A DNA stretch of 64,000 nt from an uncultured virus (IMG/VR IMGVR_UViG_3300038825_001395) (Duplodnaviria; Heunggongvirae; Uroviricota; Caudoviricetes). Positions within the stretch are counted from its first letter, which is position 1; every line of letters begins with the position of its first letter. This document shows, piece after piece, positions 1 through 10,698 of this stretch. The notes below the pieces were generated by a model. It did not search any database, had not been told where the DNA came from, and was given only the letters and a program-made list of their open reading frames with translations. The stretch is taken from the IMG/VR virus record IMGVR_UViG_3300038825_001395; one strand, written 5' to 3'. The translations under genes and the position numbers were made by a program.

Positions 1-51
1 AGAAGTAAATCTTTTATTTTGAATTTTTTTTATATTATCGTATCTACTCAT
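1..51 (-). CDS. 5' start of a probable baseplate protein (runs off the window edge)
   Basis: ATG at 51-49 reads MSRYDNIKKIQNKRFTS; it overlaps a TAA (TAATG) of the upstream gene and lies after the tape measure/baseplate genes. Confidence 0.4.
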   Translation of the reverse strand, partial: MSRYDNIKKIQNKRFTS

Positions 52-1089
52 TATTTTTTCTCTTTAGGATAGGGANNNNNNNNNNNNTTTTTTACTTAAA
101 ATCTGATAAGATATGTTTATATCAAATAGTCTTGGCAATACTCTTAAAGCATCCCAATCACTTTCACCAGGCACATTATATGATATTGATTTAATAAATC
201 CAAATTGACCTTGTTTTTTATCTCCAATGTGAGCCATATAAAGTTCTGTAAATGGTGGTTTCATTCTAGTTTGACTATCTGAATTGTCGTCTAAATCATA
301 CTCAGGATAAGCTAAGCTTGTTAATTTTTTTAGCTTATCATACATCAATTTCTGTTCTGTAAAATTAGCAGGATGAATCTTTAGATTAAAACTTATATCC
401 CTATCAGCTCTTTCATACATATAGACAGGCTCACTTCTACCAATATAATTTGTAGGTGTGAATGATGGACTAACATTTTCTGTTATACCAGTTACGAATC
501 CTCTAAAGTAAAGTAAGTTATTATTTCTTAAATCCTTTATCTTTACATAAAAATCACCTTTTTTATTTGGAGCTATTTGGTCATCAACTTCAGATGTTGT
601 GACCGGCTGTGAAGAAACATAATCAATATAATTAGTTTCACCAGGTCCTCTTGATAAGTCTATGAAAGGTGTTGGTTTTCCAATAACAGGTACTTGAACT
701 GTCTCACTTAGTTCTCTAGCAGTTCGTACCTTTAAAGCACTTATTGTTTTATTAGCTTTATCAATTATAAATTGAGACACATTACCACCACTACTAGGCA
801 CATCAGGTATTTTATTAAGGGCGTCATCAACTTCTTTTTCCAATTTCTTTGGTGGATTATCCCCAAGATTTTTAAAAGGTAATCCTAATGTAGCCCTTAA
901 AGAATAATCTAAATCAATTAAAGAAGTAATATCTCCTATATCTCTATCTGTACTAGCAGCAATTATTAAATTTTCAGTTGCCTTTACCGCGTTATCAAGT
1001 GTAATATTACGTTTAACTTCACTAGCTTTCTTTTTAGCGTTATTTATACTTAAATTATTATATGCTGATTTTAAATTTTCTAATGCCAT
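51..1089 (-). CDS. Putative baseplate / tail-tube-like structural protein
   Basis: Directly follows the tape measure; C-terminal FRGFVTGITENVSPSF..IGRSEPVYMY..RDISFNLKI segment resembles myophage tube-fold baseplate proteins. 3' end crosses the N gap at 76-87; the likely true stop is TAA 53-51 (..PYPKEKK*), while the ORF track gives 64. Confidence 0.5.
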
Positions 1090-1091
1090 AA

Positions 1092-3002
1092 TTAACCTCT
1101 AGCCGAAAGTGATTCTGTTCCACTTCCATCAAATTCTACCTCTGCAAGTAATGGAATATCCCTTCCACTAATACCTCCAGTTGAAACATTAATATTCATA
1201 TTCCCACCACCAACATTCATTGAACCAGCTGGTCCAGATTGAAAATCATTTACAGATATCGGATTGGTTGTTGCCAACACAGAATCTCTTGGGTTTAAAC
1301 TAAATACACCAGCAGGTCCCATCATAGTTGTTATACCACCAGGTCCTGATTTGAAATCGTTTACACCTCTAACACCTTGTGATATGCCACTTACTAAATT
1401 ACCCAATGGAGTTAAAGCAAAATTAACAACTTTTGCTACTGCCATTAGAATAGGACCAACCGTATTAGCAAGAGCAACACCAAATATTTTTAATTCGTTC
1501 ATCGTAGCAGTTAGTTCGGACATAGCATCTTTACCGATTATATCGGCAAATGATTTTGCTGTTTCTCCAGCCAACATATTTGACTTATCTTGATTGGCAA
1601 CCATCTTTGCCATATCAGCTACACTAACACCAATAGAATCAGCAAGAGCTTTTCTTTGTATTACATTTAATTTGTTAAACTCCGCTTCACTACCTAACTG
1701 ATTAACAATGTTAGACATCGCTCCTTCTATATCATTATCAAGTGCTAATTCTCTAGCCTTTTGAAAGTTAAGTTGTTTTCCTATTAATACTGATGCTTCT
1801 ACCTCTTTATTTATAGAGTTTTCAAAATCCAATAAACCCTCTGCTATCTTTGAAGTAGTATCTAATGATAATCCTAAAGCTCTAGCTTGAACGGCCGCTT
1901 TAGCAAGATTGTCTCCACCATCTTCAGAAAACATAGCGAATGCTTCTGAAGCACCAGCCATATCTTTTAATACAGCAGACGGATTAACTCTGTTCATACC
2001 GGCTAATTGAAAAGCACCTTCTGTTAATCTTTCTGCTTGAGCTCCACTTAAACCAGAAGTTGTTTGTAGTATACCACTTAACTTAGCAGCTTCTTCATTT
2101 GATAAACCTACTGCCCTAGCAGTATCAATTACTTGAGCAGATAAATCTGCAGCTTCATCTATTGATAAACCAAACTCGGATGATAATTCATTTGTGGTTG
2201 CTATAACATCTTCTAAACTTGCACCTATTCCTATTACTGCTTCTTGTGAGCTCAGTAATTCATTTTTAAAACCATCACCCAATACATTTAAACTACCAAA
2301 TTGTTTTCCTATGGCATCAATTGAACTAGCAAACTTTTGAGCTATGGCAAAAGCAGCAGCAAAACCAGCCGTTACTCCAATAGAACCCATCTTTAATAAT
2401 TTCATTCTGGCATTAGATTTAGTTAAAGCACCAGATACATTTTTTTGTGCGTCGAATGTGCCTTCAGCTGATTTTAATATAGATTTTTTTGCATCACCTT
2501 CTACTTTTATAGCACTAATTCTTTTTCCTATCTCATCGTTTTCAGTTATTGCTCCTTCTGTTATATCTTTTGTTAAATCTTGTAATTCAACTCTCTGAGA
2601 TGCGCTTAGACCTTCTGTCGCTAGTATCTCCTTTGATGCCTCTTTAGCTTTTTTTGCTAGACTTATTTCTTTTTCTCTAAGGTCATTAGTTTTATCAAGA
2701 CCGAGAGCTTGTGAAAAATTACCCTTTACTATATTCTGTAATATACTGGAAAGTGACTTTTCCTTTTGGTCTATTAACTTTTGTTCCTTTTGAGCAAAAG
2801 CAGTAGCTTGTCTTTGAGCTTTAGAACCTAACTGAAAGTTTTTCTTGGCTAATTCATTTTGCTTTTTTTGTGCTTCAGTTTGCTTATTAAGCAAATCAAT
2901 TCTATCTTGTTCAAGACGATTTATTAATTTTCCAGTCTTATTACTTTTTTTTTGAGCTTCGAGTGCTTTTAGTCTTGCTTCATCTTCGGGTGTAAATGCC
3001 AT
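1092..3002 (-). CDS. Tail tape measure protein
   Basis: 636 aa, helical Ala/Leu/Lys-rich with hydrophobic segments; located downstream of tail tube and chaperone. Confidence 0.8.
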   Translation of the reverse strand: MAFTPEDEARLKALEAQKKSNKTGKLINRLEQDRIDLLNKQTEAQKKQNELAKKNFQLGSKAQRQATAFAQKEQKLIDQKEKSLSSILQNIVKGNFSQALGLDKTNDLREKEISLAKKAKEASKEILATEGLSASQRVELQDLTKDITEGAITENDEIGKRISAIKVEGDAKKSILKSAEGTFDAQKNVSGALTKSNARMKLLKMGSIGVTAGFAAAFAIAQKFASSIDAIGKQFGSLNVLGDGFKNELLSSQEAVIGIGASLEDVIATTNELSSEFGLSIDEAADLSAQVIDTARAVGLSNEEAAKLSGILQTTSGLSGAQAERLTEGAFQLAGMNRVNPSAVLKDMAGASEAFAMFSEDGGDNLAKAAVQARALGLSLDTTSKIAEGLLDFENSINKEVEASVLIGKQLNFQKARELALDNDIEGAMSNIVNQLGSEAEFNKLNVIQRKALADSIGVSVADMAKMVANQDKSNMLAGETAKSFADIIGKDAMSELTATMNELKIFGVALANTVGPILMAVAKVVNFALTPLGNLVSGISQGVRGVNDFKSGPGGITTMMGPAGVFSLNPRDSVLATTNPISVNDFQSGPAGSMNVGGGNMNINVSTGGISGRDIPLLAEVEFDGSGTESLSARG

Positions 3003-3047
3003 TACTATCTCAGTTAATTAATATATTAATAAATATTAAGAAGAAAG

Positions 3048-3276
3048 TTATTTAGGGTTAAATCTACGAGGAATTGTTGGTTGTTGTTTTGGTTGAGCAT
3101 TATCCATTTTGTCTTTTTCTATCTTCTTAAACTTCATAAACTCTCTTAAATAAAAGTTTTTTAGATGGACAGGCATAGTGTATACATCGTTAAATGTAAA
3201 ACCAGGCATACCATAGATTAGGTAGAAAATGGATTGATGTATATCTAATTTGCTAGATGGACTTAGGCCAAAAAAA
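3048..3276 (-). CDS. Frameshift extension of the tail assembly chaperone (gpGT / T4 gp51-like segment), not in the ORF track
   Basis: Open +1 frame from the T7 run at 3276-3270: FFGLSPSSKLDIHQSIFYLIYGMPGFTFNDVYTMPVHLKNFYLREFMKFKKIEKDKMDNAQPKQQPTIPRRFNPK*, stop TAA 3050-3048. Confidence 0.65.
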
Positions 3277-4002
3277 CTCGACTGTAAGCGGTATTGACAC
3301 GCTCACAGTTTCCTCCCCTATTTGGATTTCCGATGTCAAATCAATATCGGGAGAAATACTTTGTATGTAATTTCTCAATGCTACAGAGTCACGGGCTAAC
3401 ATATTTTGTGAAAATGATGATATGGTTTCTGCCTTATTATCACCATCTACCTCTGTAATCGTGTAACGAAGTCTTGTAGATATATCTGAATTATATCCTA
3501 CTTTTCTTGCCTGTTCTAAATCTTTTTCTATTAGTTTTTCTTCTTTACCTGTAAGAAGTCTAAACTTTACTTTGTTTTTTCCAATTGGAGTTTCAAAGTC
3601 AAAAGAATTATCTGTATAATCTATATCACTTGGTAATTCTTTAAAAGGACATTTTGTAAGGTCAAACGTATGTTCTATCTTTTGTTCAGCATTATTTGGA
3701 TTTGTTACTTCTACCGTGTACTCTGGACCATAAGCAAGAATACGAGCAGCAACTAATACAGCGTTCTTATCGCCTAATACTAAAGTTTCTTGACTTATAC
3801 CCTTTGTAACAATCAAACTATCTAGTAGTTTATCAATAACCACACCTTTCTTAATAAGGTTTTCGGACATAAGAATGTCCTCTTCTCTTGTGGTCATATA
3901 TTTAAGTTCTAATTTACCTTCAGTAAGTGGTGAGTCTTTTGGGTATACTTTACCACCAGACGGTAAATCAATAATTTCCGTAGGGAACTTATGTTCTGAC
4001 AT
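3253..4002 (-). CDS. Baseplate hub / tail assembly chaperone (T4 gp26-like)
   Basis: N-terminal FPTEIIDLPSGGKVY and MTTREEDILM motifs, C-terminal FFWP; lies between tail tube and tape measure. Confidence 0.7.
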   Translation of the reverse strand: MSEHKFPTEIIDLPSGGKVYPKDSPLTEGKLELKYMTTREEDILMSENLIKKGVVIDKLLDSLIVTKGISQETLVLGDKNAVLVAARILAYGPEYTVEVTNPNNAEQKIEHTFDLTKCPFKELPSDIDYTDNSFDFETPIGKNKVKFRLLTGKEEKLIEKDLEQARKVGYNSDISTRLRYTITEVDGDNKAETISSFSQNMLARDSVALRNYIQSISPDIDLTSEIQIGEETVSVSIPLTVEFFWPKSI

Positions 4003-4036
4003 TTATAACTCCTTGTTGTATTTAAACAACTATTTT

Positions 4037-4528
4037 TTAGAATTCAAGTACAGCGTAATCGTATCTAAGTGTCAAAGTAATTTCGACAGGATTAGAATCA
4101 CTAAAGTCCAAGTCACCAAAACTAGCGTCTGAGATGTAAGTACCATGTAGTGTCCATTTTTCAATAATGTCACCGACTGGTCCTAATACTTGAAAAGTAA
4201 CATTTTTCTTGTATGTATCTTGATAACCATCACGACCAGTAGTAGACTCATGGTGAAGTTTTATCCACTCATCTACCGCAGAAGCAGCAGATGGAACTAT
4301 CGGGTCATAAAGTGTTACCTGTAGTGTTTGCCAACGACCTTTACCTTTAACATATTTAGTTACATTCATATGCTCCAATACAACCTCATCAAAAGTTATT
4401 TGAGGTCTTTGTGCCGTTTTTATAGTATAAGCTGGGATGCCTGTATCACCAAGCTCCATGATAAAACGGTTCTTTAGTTTTGGTTCATATGGTGTATACC
4501 ATAACTGTTCTGAGTCTATTACTGCCAT
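4037..4528 (-). CDS. gp19: Tail tube protein (T4 gp19-like)
   Basis: EPKLKNRF, W..L.VTLYD, EKWTLHG..ISDASFGDLDF..ITLTLRYDY motifs; adjacent to the sheath gene. Confidence 0.9.
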   Translation of the reverse strand: MAVIDSEQLWYTPYEPKLKNRFIMELGDTGIPAYTIKTAQRPQITFDEVVLEHMNVTKYVKGKGRWQTLQVTLYDPIVPSAASAVDEWIKLHHESTTGRDGYQDTYKKNVTFQVLGPVGDIIEKWTLHGTYISDASFGDLDFSDSNPVEITLTLRYDYAVLEF

Positions 4529-4568
4529 TATTTTTCTCCTATAATAATAAATATCACTTTCCTAAAAA

Positions 4569-6785
4569 TTATTCAGGAAAAGCAGCTCCGGTTGGTTGTA
4601 CTACAAAATCTAATACGATGAATTCGGCAGTTCTTGTAGGTTGAATAAATATCTGACCTACCAACTGATTTCTATCAATCGTTTCTGGTGTGTTGTTTGA
4701 ATCATCCATCACCACTCTAAAAGCATTTATACCTTGATTTGCCTGTACACTTTCCATGTAAGGTTGAACAGTATTTATAAATTGGTTTCTTAGAGTGTTT
4801 GTATTTTGTTCAAATACAAGGTTTCTTGATGAACTTGCAACAAATGTTTTTAAGTTAATTAATAATCTTCTTACATTTACTCGGTCAAGAGCAGAAGCTT
4901 TCTTCTGTGTTGTTTTTTGTCCAAAGACAGTAACACCTTGTCCAGGAAATGTAGCAATCGGATTAACATTTGATTCATAAAGGTCATCACGATTTTTTTG
5001 TGTTAATTTTCTATATGCCTGAACAGCACTGTCAATTCCACCTCTGTTTAAACCTGCAGGAGCAAACCAAGGTTGTCCGATTACATCGTTAAAATGATAT
5101 ACCCCAGCAATTACTACTGATGGTGGAACATATCTATTGACACCCAAAGAAGCATCTTGGATTTGTACCCAAGGATAGTAAGCAGCAGCGTAACTTGAGT
5201 TACGAGCTTCTGTATTTGTTTTAGCAGTAGCTACTGAATCTGTTTTTGAAGTATTATCATAGACTAGAAAACAATCACCTCTATCTTCACAAAGTTGAAT
5301 AGCATCACCTATAACTACACTATGATTAGCAAGTTGGTCTACGACTCCAGGTAAAATTAATAAGTTAAAATTATATTCGTCTTTATTTGATAATAAACTT
5401 ATAGCAGTTTTATATCCACCAGTTCCTACAGTAGCAGAACTTACTGACATATCAATACCTTGTGAATTAGTAGCACTTATATTATCATAAAATCCAAATG
5501 GATGTATGACCTCTCCACTACCAAAATTACCAGCAGTTTGTGCAGTTCCACCAGATACATCACCAAAAGCACCACCGTAACTTCCACTACCAAGTGCTGG
5601 TAAAGAAGCAGATAAGGCATTATCGGTTAGATTACCATTTTCATCTAAATAATTTGGTGTTTTTTTGCTAAGAGTTTTTACCCTTACATACTTAGACCTA
5701 TTTGGAAATTCACCTACTGGCTGTAAGTAAGCAACTCCATCTTCGGTAGCAATTGTGTTTGTTTGATTACCAATTCTTCTTAAAATATAATCAGTAGATT
5801 CTGGATCTAATGATAAATTAGCATGTGTTTCAATTATTTTCTTTTTCTTTATGGTATCATTACCTTGTCTAAGTAAAAGGGTAAATGTACCTTTAGAATT
5901 GTTTTTATTAGATATTTCCCAACGAAAGTTATCAGCACGACCACCAAATGATCCAGCACCAAACTGGTCATTACCAGCAGAACTTGTTAGTGGTGTAAGT
6001 ATCTGATCTGTTCCAAGTGAACTTGTATTGTTAAACTGTGGTCCGTTACCTAAAGCTTCAAGTGTAAACAAAGTTTGTCCAGTTGATGAAGCTGCTGTAC
6101 CACCCCCTAATGTTAGTACATCACTAAATGTAGTTCCTGAACCACTATCTATAGTTATTGAATTACCAGAAGTACCGGCCGAAGAAGCAGTTAGTTGTAA
6201 AGCTGTTGAAGCATCTGTTGCTGTTACACCAATATTAGCAGCATTAATTTCTGCTACTAAATTGTCTAAGTATCCAGCAGTATTTGAACCAGTAGCGTGA
6301 AAAAATACATTTGAAGTATCTGCTGGAATACCACCTTCAGGATCAGCTGATACAAATCTGAATTCCGTACCACCTACGGTTATCTGTATTTCATCTTCCG
6401 CGACAGTTCCAAAAGTACTCGGTAATATAGCAACTGAACCACTAGCTTTATTTCCAGCAACTGCTGTTCCACTTGTATTTACAACAGCAGTAGCCTTATT
6501 TAAACCAGGTGTACCAACTCTTACAACCGTAAGAGGACCACCTTGTCGTAAATATTCCTTAGCAGTATGTGATGTTAAATATTGATGTTTATCCGAACCA
6601 CTTTCTATTAGTTCTCCAAATAAATTAGTATATTCACTATATGAATTAACTATGGTTGGTTCAAGGATAGGTCCCTTTACAGTAGGTCCTACAATAGCTG
6701 CCCCAACTGGACCTGGTGTTGCGGGTAAAAAAGATTGGTCTATTTCGTTAGTAAATACACCTGGACTAATAATTTTCTCAGCCAT
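4569..6785 (-). CDS. gp18: Contractile tail sheath protein (T4 gp18-like)
   Basis: SPGVFTNEIDQS N-terminus; PWFAPAGLNRG, NVNPIATFPGQG, RVNVRRLL and IFIQPTRTAEFI C-terminal sheath motifs. Confidence 0.95.
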   Translation of the reverse strand: MAEKIISPGVFTNEIDQSFLPATPGPVGAAIVGPTVKGPILEPTIVNSYSEYTNLFGELIESGSDKHQYLTSHTAKEYLRQGGPLTVVRVGTPGLNKATAVVNTSGTAVAGNKASGSVAILPSTFGTVAEDEIQITVGGTEFRFVSADPEGGIPADTSNVFFHATGSNTAGYLDNLVAEINAANIGVTATDASTALQLTASSAGTSGNSITIDSGSGTTFSDVLTLGGGTAASSTGQTLFTLEALGNGPQFNNTSSLGTDQILTPLTSSAGNDQFGAGSFGGRADNFRWEISNKNNSKGTFTLLLRQGNDTIKKKKIIETHANLSLDPESTDYILRRIGNQTNTIATEDGVAYLQPVGEFPNRSKYVRVKTLSKKTPNYLDENGNLTDNALSASLPALGSGSYGGAFGDVSGGTAQTAGNFGSGEVIHPFGFYDNISATNSQGIDMSVSSATVGTGGYKTAISLLSNKDEYNFNLLILPGVVDQLANHSVVIGDAIQLCEDRGDCFLVYDNTSKTDSVATAKTNTEARNSSYAAAYYPWVQIQDASLGVNRYVPPSVVIAGVYHFNDVIGQPWFAPAGLNRGGIDSAVQAYRKLTQKNRDDLYESNVNPIATFPGQGVTVFGQKTTQKKASALDRVNVRRLLINLKTFVASSSRNLVFEQNTNTLRNQFINTVQPYMESVQANQGINAFRVVMDDSNNTPETIDRNQLVGQIFIQPTRTAEFIVLDFVVQPTGAAFPE

Positions 6786-6881
6786 TTAAATTCTCCAAAA
6801 TTAGGTAAGATTCTATACAATTATTCATATATAAATATTACCTATTTTTGGAAAGATAGGGAAACTTATTTTTATTTTTTT

Positions 6882-7172
6882 TTATTTTGTAGGTTCTACT
6901 TCTACGGTTGGTGTGAATACACCTGTTTGAGGATCTAACTGACCAGGACCATACTTTTTAGTAATAGACTCTAGTTGTGTTTGTTCTTCTTTTTTAAGAC
7001 CTTCTAATTCCTCATGAAGTTTAAACTCTTCTTCTTCAACTGCTTCGTTTTGTTTTTCTAAGTTGATTTTAGCAATAGCCAACTGACCAAATCTGTTTGT
7101 TATAGCAGCAGATTTGTTTTGTAGTTCAGCTAATGATTTAAGTTCTTCTTCTGTAAATTTAATTTCAGACAT
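6882..7172 (-). CDS. Hypothetical coiled-coil protein
   Basis: 96 aa, GAGG SD upstream; coiled coil ending KYGPGQLDPQTGVF. Confidence 0.6.
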   Translation of the reverse strand: MSEIKFTEEELKSLAELQNKSAAITNRFGQLAIAKINLEKQNEAVEEEEFKLHEELEGLKKEEQTQLESITKKYGPGQLDPQTGVFTPTVEVEPTK

Positions 7173-7219
7173 TTAAAACCTCTTGTTTAGTTTGTTGTAA
7201 CAATTATATATATATATAA

Positions 7220-8062
7220 TTATATAATTTTTTCGGAAAAACTAACTTTTTTTGGTGTATATGCCCTACCCAATTCAGCAGTTTTACCTAATACATTATC
7301 AGTAAATTCAGGTATCATATACCCTTTAATGGTCATGGTAAATTCATTCTTTATCATTCTTTCACCTTGTGATTCCATTTCTATTTCATTTGATATATCA
7401 CCATCAAGTGATGAAAGAAAACGATAAGATGTTGGAACACCAAAGTAAGTTTCTAAGTGTTCTATCCAAAGTGAGTTTAGGTCGTTCATCTGTTCAATAT
7501 ATGATGTCATCATAACTATACTATAGCTACAAGTTACAAAGTCTGGCATACCAGTTTTAACAAACTCTTGAACTGGTTTTTGACCTGTTAAAGCAGCAAA
7601 CCTATCATACCTATTATTTTTACTCCACCCACTACTTGAACGAACTACTGATATAAACTTACCTTGAACATCATTGTCAAATGACATAGGCATAGAGTCA
7701 TCAAATCCAACTGATGTTCTTTTTATTACCATAATAGGTAAGAGTATTGATCCGTTTTTATCTCGTAAAGCACCTCTTGTTTTTATAGACTTCCATCTTT
7801 CTTCATTACCATAAAGAACAGGAACAGAAATTATCTCATTTTGTTCCTTTACCTTTGGTTTCATAATATTTCGGATATGTTTGATAACTGCTGTATCTAT
7901 TTCTTTTAAACCAATAGAGAATCCCTTACCAGCATTAGCACCACCAGGTTTCTTGATGACAACCTTAGAGTTTCCTTTCTCACTCCTTATACTAGTTTGT
8001 GATTCTCGGTTTACAGAAGATGCATTTGGAGCATTTTCATTTGTTATTGGTTTAATTGCCAC
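7220..8062 (-). CDS. Tail completion / sheath stabiliser (T4 gp15-like)
   Basis: VPVLYG..ERW and LPIMVIKRT motifs; position between neck and sheath genes. Confidence 0.6.
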   Translation of the reverse strand: MAIKPITNENAPNASSVNRESQTSIRSEKGNSKVVIKKPGGANAGKGFSIGLKEIDTAVIKHIRNIMKPKVKEQNEIISVPVLYGNEERWKSIKTRGALRDKNGSILLPIMVIKRTSVGFDDSMPMSFDNDVQGKFISVVRSSSGWSKNNRYDRFAALTGQKPVQEFVKTGMPDFVTCSYSIVMMTSYIEQMNDLNSLWIEHLETYFGVPTSYRFLSSLDGDISNEIEMESQGERMIKNEFTMTIKGYMIPEFTDNVLGKTAELGRAYTPKKVSFSEKII

Positions 8063-8393
8063 GGCGTAGTTTCCTTAGTTTATCTAATTTACTTTCAGAA
8101 TTGTTTTTATATGTTTCTGATTTTAATCCTTTGGTTGATACCTTATCAATAGCTATTTGTTTTTCAATAGGAACATCTACAACACCTAATGTGATATTAT
8201 CTTTCTCCCCATATACATTACCTTGTTTTAACAAACCTATTATCTCATCAAACTTATCAGCTCTTGGCTCTTGGTAGATATTTTCACTATCACTATCATA
8301 ATTTTTCACAATATCAAGTTGTTTTTCAGCTTTAATTACTGAAGACCTTCTTGGTTTCATCACAAGTTTTTTATCTAATAATTGTATAGCCAT
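8052..8393 (-). CDS. Hypothetical protein with a C-terminal motif shared with 14948-15262
   Basis: 113 aa, overlaps both neighbours; ends KQIAIDK..LKSE..DKLRKLRRGN. Confidence 0.6.
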   Translation of the reverse strand: MAIQLLDKKLVMKPRRSSVIKAEKQLDIVKNYDSDSENIYQEPRADKFDEIIGLLKQGNVYGEKDNITLGVVDVPIEKQIAIDKVSTKGLKSETYKNNSESKLDKLRKLRRGN

Positions 8394-8869
8394 TATCTAG
8401 GTCTTTCCTCTATGTTAATAGATGATAATCTACTACGGTGTGCTGTTGCTTTTATAGCATGATTAAATCCAGGATGACCACCGATAAGTTGTGGTTCGGT
8501 TACTCCGTTGATTTCCCAATACCAATCATTCCAATCACACACATCACCAGCTTCAGGAAAAAAGTTTAATGAACCACTAGCTAAATTATTTCTCTGAAAC
8601 ATCAAATCTATTGTAGAGTTAGAATCTGGTCCTGCTTCATTAAATTGTTCTACTTCAGGAGCATTATATCTTATTAAACAATTGACTCTAAACCCAACAT
8701 TAAAATACTTAGTAGTTGATTCACCATATATGTTAGAATTAGTATGTTCTGGTGCTACCTTGTAAATATCAACTGATTGACCGACTATCTCATCAATGAG
8801 TTCTTCATTCATATGGTCAACTAAGTTGATTTCCTTTTGGGAAATAAAAAATGGTCTTGTAGCAGACAT
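8393..8869 (-). CDS. Neck / head-closure protein (T4 gp14-like)
   Basis: Follows the gp13-like gene; NIYGES and FPEAGDVCDWNDWYWEI motifs. Confidence 0.65.
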   Translation of the reverse strand: MSATRPFFISQKEINLVDHMNEELIDEIVGQSVDIYKVAPEHTNSNIYGESTTKYFNVGFRVNCLIRYNAPEVEQFNEAGPDSNSTIDLMFQRNNLASGSLNFFPEAGDVCDWNDWYWEINGVTEPQLIGGHPGFNHAIKATAHRSRLSSINIEERPR

Positions 8870-8872
8870 GTG

Positions 8873-10054
8873 TTATCCTATGTATATGTGTAGTGGAGCT
8901 TTCCCTAACACTTCTTGTTGAGCATTTGCTTCTTCGGCTTCAGCTTTTAACTTTTCAGTTAAAGATACCGACTCTAAAAATTCTTTTAACTCTTCTAAGA
9001 GTTGTGTTTTTTCTTCTCTACCCTCTGTTTTTAAGGCTTCACCATCTAGTGTTACCTCACCATCAGGTATCGGCATAGAACTATACTTACTTCTGATAAT
9101 ACCCAATAACTCTTTAGCAAGAGCATAAGTATACTTTCTAATCCATTGACGACCAGGTTGATTGATAGAGTTATAGGTAATAAATTTATATGGCACATTA
9201 GAAGGATCTGATACCCCACCTTGTAAACCAGCATTAGCATTGTCTGTGTTTCTAATATCATCTTTAACATAATACTCAAAATATATTTTTTCTCCAGCAT
9301 CACCACTTTGTGGTCTAGGAAATATTCTTAAATTGTTATTGTGAATTTCAAAGGAGTAAGCACTTTTCCTAACTATGTCTGATGTTTCAATTGAGTTAGC
9401 TCTAGCTAAGTCATAAGATATAGGTTTAAGGATAAATGATATTGCCGGTGATACATTACCAAAACCAAAAGCGTCTAGTAATTGTCTTTGGTCAAATGAA
9501 CCAGCATAAGGATCGTAAAATCTTGATACGGCTGCTGGAGCATGATTAAATACCCTTTGAACTTCAATTCTTTTTCCACTTTCATTATCATCAGCCCATA
9601 CACTCTGTAAATCATAATCTTGTTGTGAACCAGATAAAATTATATATCCTTTTTTTAGGTCAATATTTTCACCCATATTAACGGCTTGACCATATTTGTC
9701 GGATAACCCAATAGATGCTCCTAATGTTGGAGTTATAGGATTAGCAGAACCTGTACTTAATGATCCTGATATTCTACTTTTCTCACCATATTGTTCCCAC
9801 ATCCAATTCTTTATATTGTAGTTATTTATATGTTGTGAATATTCATTTACTGCTTCTTCAAAACAAGCATAGATAGAACCACTTGGTATCTCAAGTTGTA
9901 AGACTGGAAAACCAAGTCTTTTAGCACACCACTTAGTTACTGAAATAATATCAGTTTTAAAAGTTGAATCGGCATCATATGTTCCATATGGTGTTTGTCC
10001 AGCTACAAGAGTGGAGCCTGACGGGTCTGTATAGGCATAATCTAATTTTGGCAT
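8873..10054 (-). CDS. gp13: Neck / head-tail adaptor protein (T4 gp13-like)
   Basis: RLGFPVLQLEI, WIRKYTYALAKELLG..RSKY and P.GEVTLDGEAL motifs. Confidence 0.85.
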   Translation of the reverse strand: MPKLDYAYTDPSGSTLVAGQTPYGTYDADSTFKTDIISVTKWCAKRLGFPVLQLEIPSGSIYACFEEAVNEYSQHINNYNIKNWMWEQYGEKSRISGSLSTGSANPITPTLGASIGLSDKYGQAVNMGENIDLKKGYIILSGSQQDYDLQSVWADDNESGKRIEVQRVFNHAPAAVSRFYDPYAGSFDQRQLLDAFGFGNVSPAISFILKPISYDLARANSIETSDIVRKSAYSFEIHNNNLRIFPRPQSGDAGEKIYFEYYVKDDIRNTDNANAGLQGGVSDPSNVPYKFITYNSINQPGRQWIRKYTYALAKELLGIIRSKYSSMPIPDGEVTLDGEALKTEGREEKTQLLEELKEFLESVSLTEKLKAEAEEANAQQEVLGKAPLHIYIG

Positions 10055-10089
10055 AATATAATTCTCCTATCTATAAATATAACATTTCT

Positions 10090-10124
10090 AAAAACAAAAG
10101 GGGAAAACCGAAGTCTTCCCCTTT
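10090..10124 (-). terminator. Intrinsic terminator with C(UUCG)G tetraloop
   Basis: Minus strand GGGGAAGAC-TTCG-GTTTTCCCC followed by TTTTGTTTTT, downstream of 10153-10698. Confidence 0.85.
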
Positions 10125-10152
10125 AGTATTGTTATTTAATAAGTGTTAGTTA

Positions 10153-10698
10153 TTAAGCAAGAGTTGGAACACTACCAACAGCGTCAACTACTAAGTGACC
10201 AAGAACCAACCATGTTCCATCCACAGCACATGTGAAGTCAATGTAACTTCCAATGTTTATATCGTCAACTGCGGTTATAGCAACGGTTGTGTTAGCGATT
10301 GCTACAACATCACCATCACCAGCAGCATTACCTGCAACTGTTGTGAAGATATTACCAGCAAAAGTATCACTTCCTGCTCTTGTAAATACACGGTCATTAC
10401 CAGCTTGTTCAACCGACCACACGCATCTGATGTATCTTCCAGCTTCAGCAGAAGGCATTGTTACTACTCTTGAACTAGCAGCATTGACTGCGAAATCCAC
10501 TAAAGTGTCTGTGGCAGCAATTGTGGTAGCAGCATCAGCTGTTACCCTTTGAATACCACCGTGTGGTTTTGGAATTGTGTTTTTTCCTTCAAGGACATTA
10601 GAACCTTGCTCTACTGCTTTAACAGCAGCTATTTCGATATTACCGAGATTGTGTTTATCACCTCTATCGGTTGTTATCTGTTTAATTGAATTTGCCAT
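10153..10698 (-). CDS. Putative capsid decoration / head-associated protein
   Basis: Beta-rich 181 aa protein directly after the major capsid gene, with its own promoter motif, AAGGAG SD and terminator. Confidence 0.45.
   Translation of the reverse strand: MANSIKQITTDRGDKHNLGNIEIAAVKAVEQGSNVLEGKNTIPKPHGGIQRVTADAATTIAATDTLVDFAVNAASSRVVTMPSAEAGRYIRCVWSVEQAGNDRVFTRAGSDTFAGNIFTTVAGNAAGDGDVVAIANTTVAITAVDDINIGSYIDFTCAVDGTWLVLGHLVVDAVGSVPTLA

Noticed and set aside
7203..7229. TA dinucleotide run / palindrome
   Set aside because: Low-complexity AT sequence; at most a degenerate promoter motif
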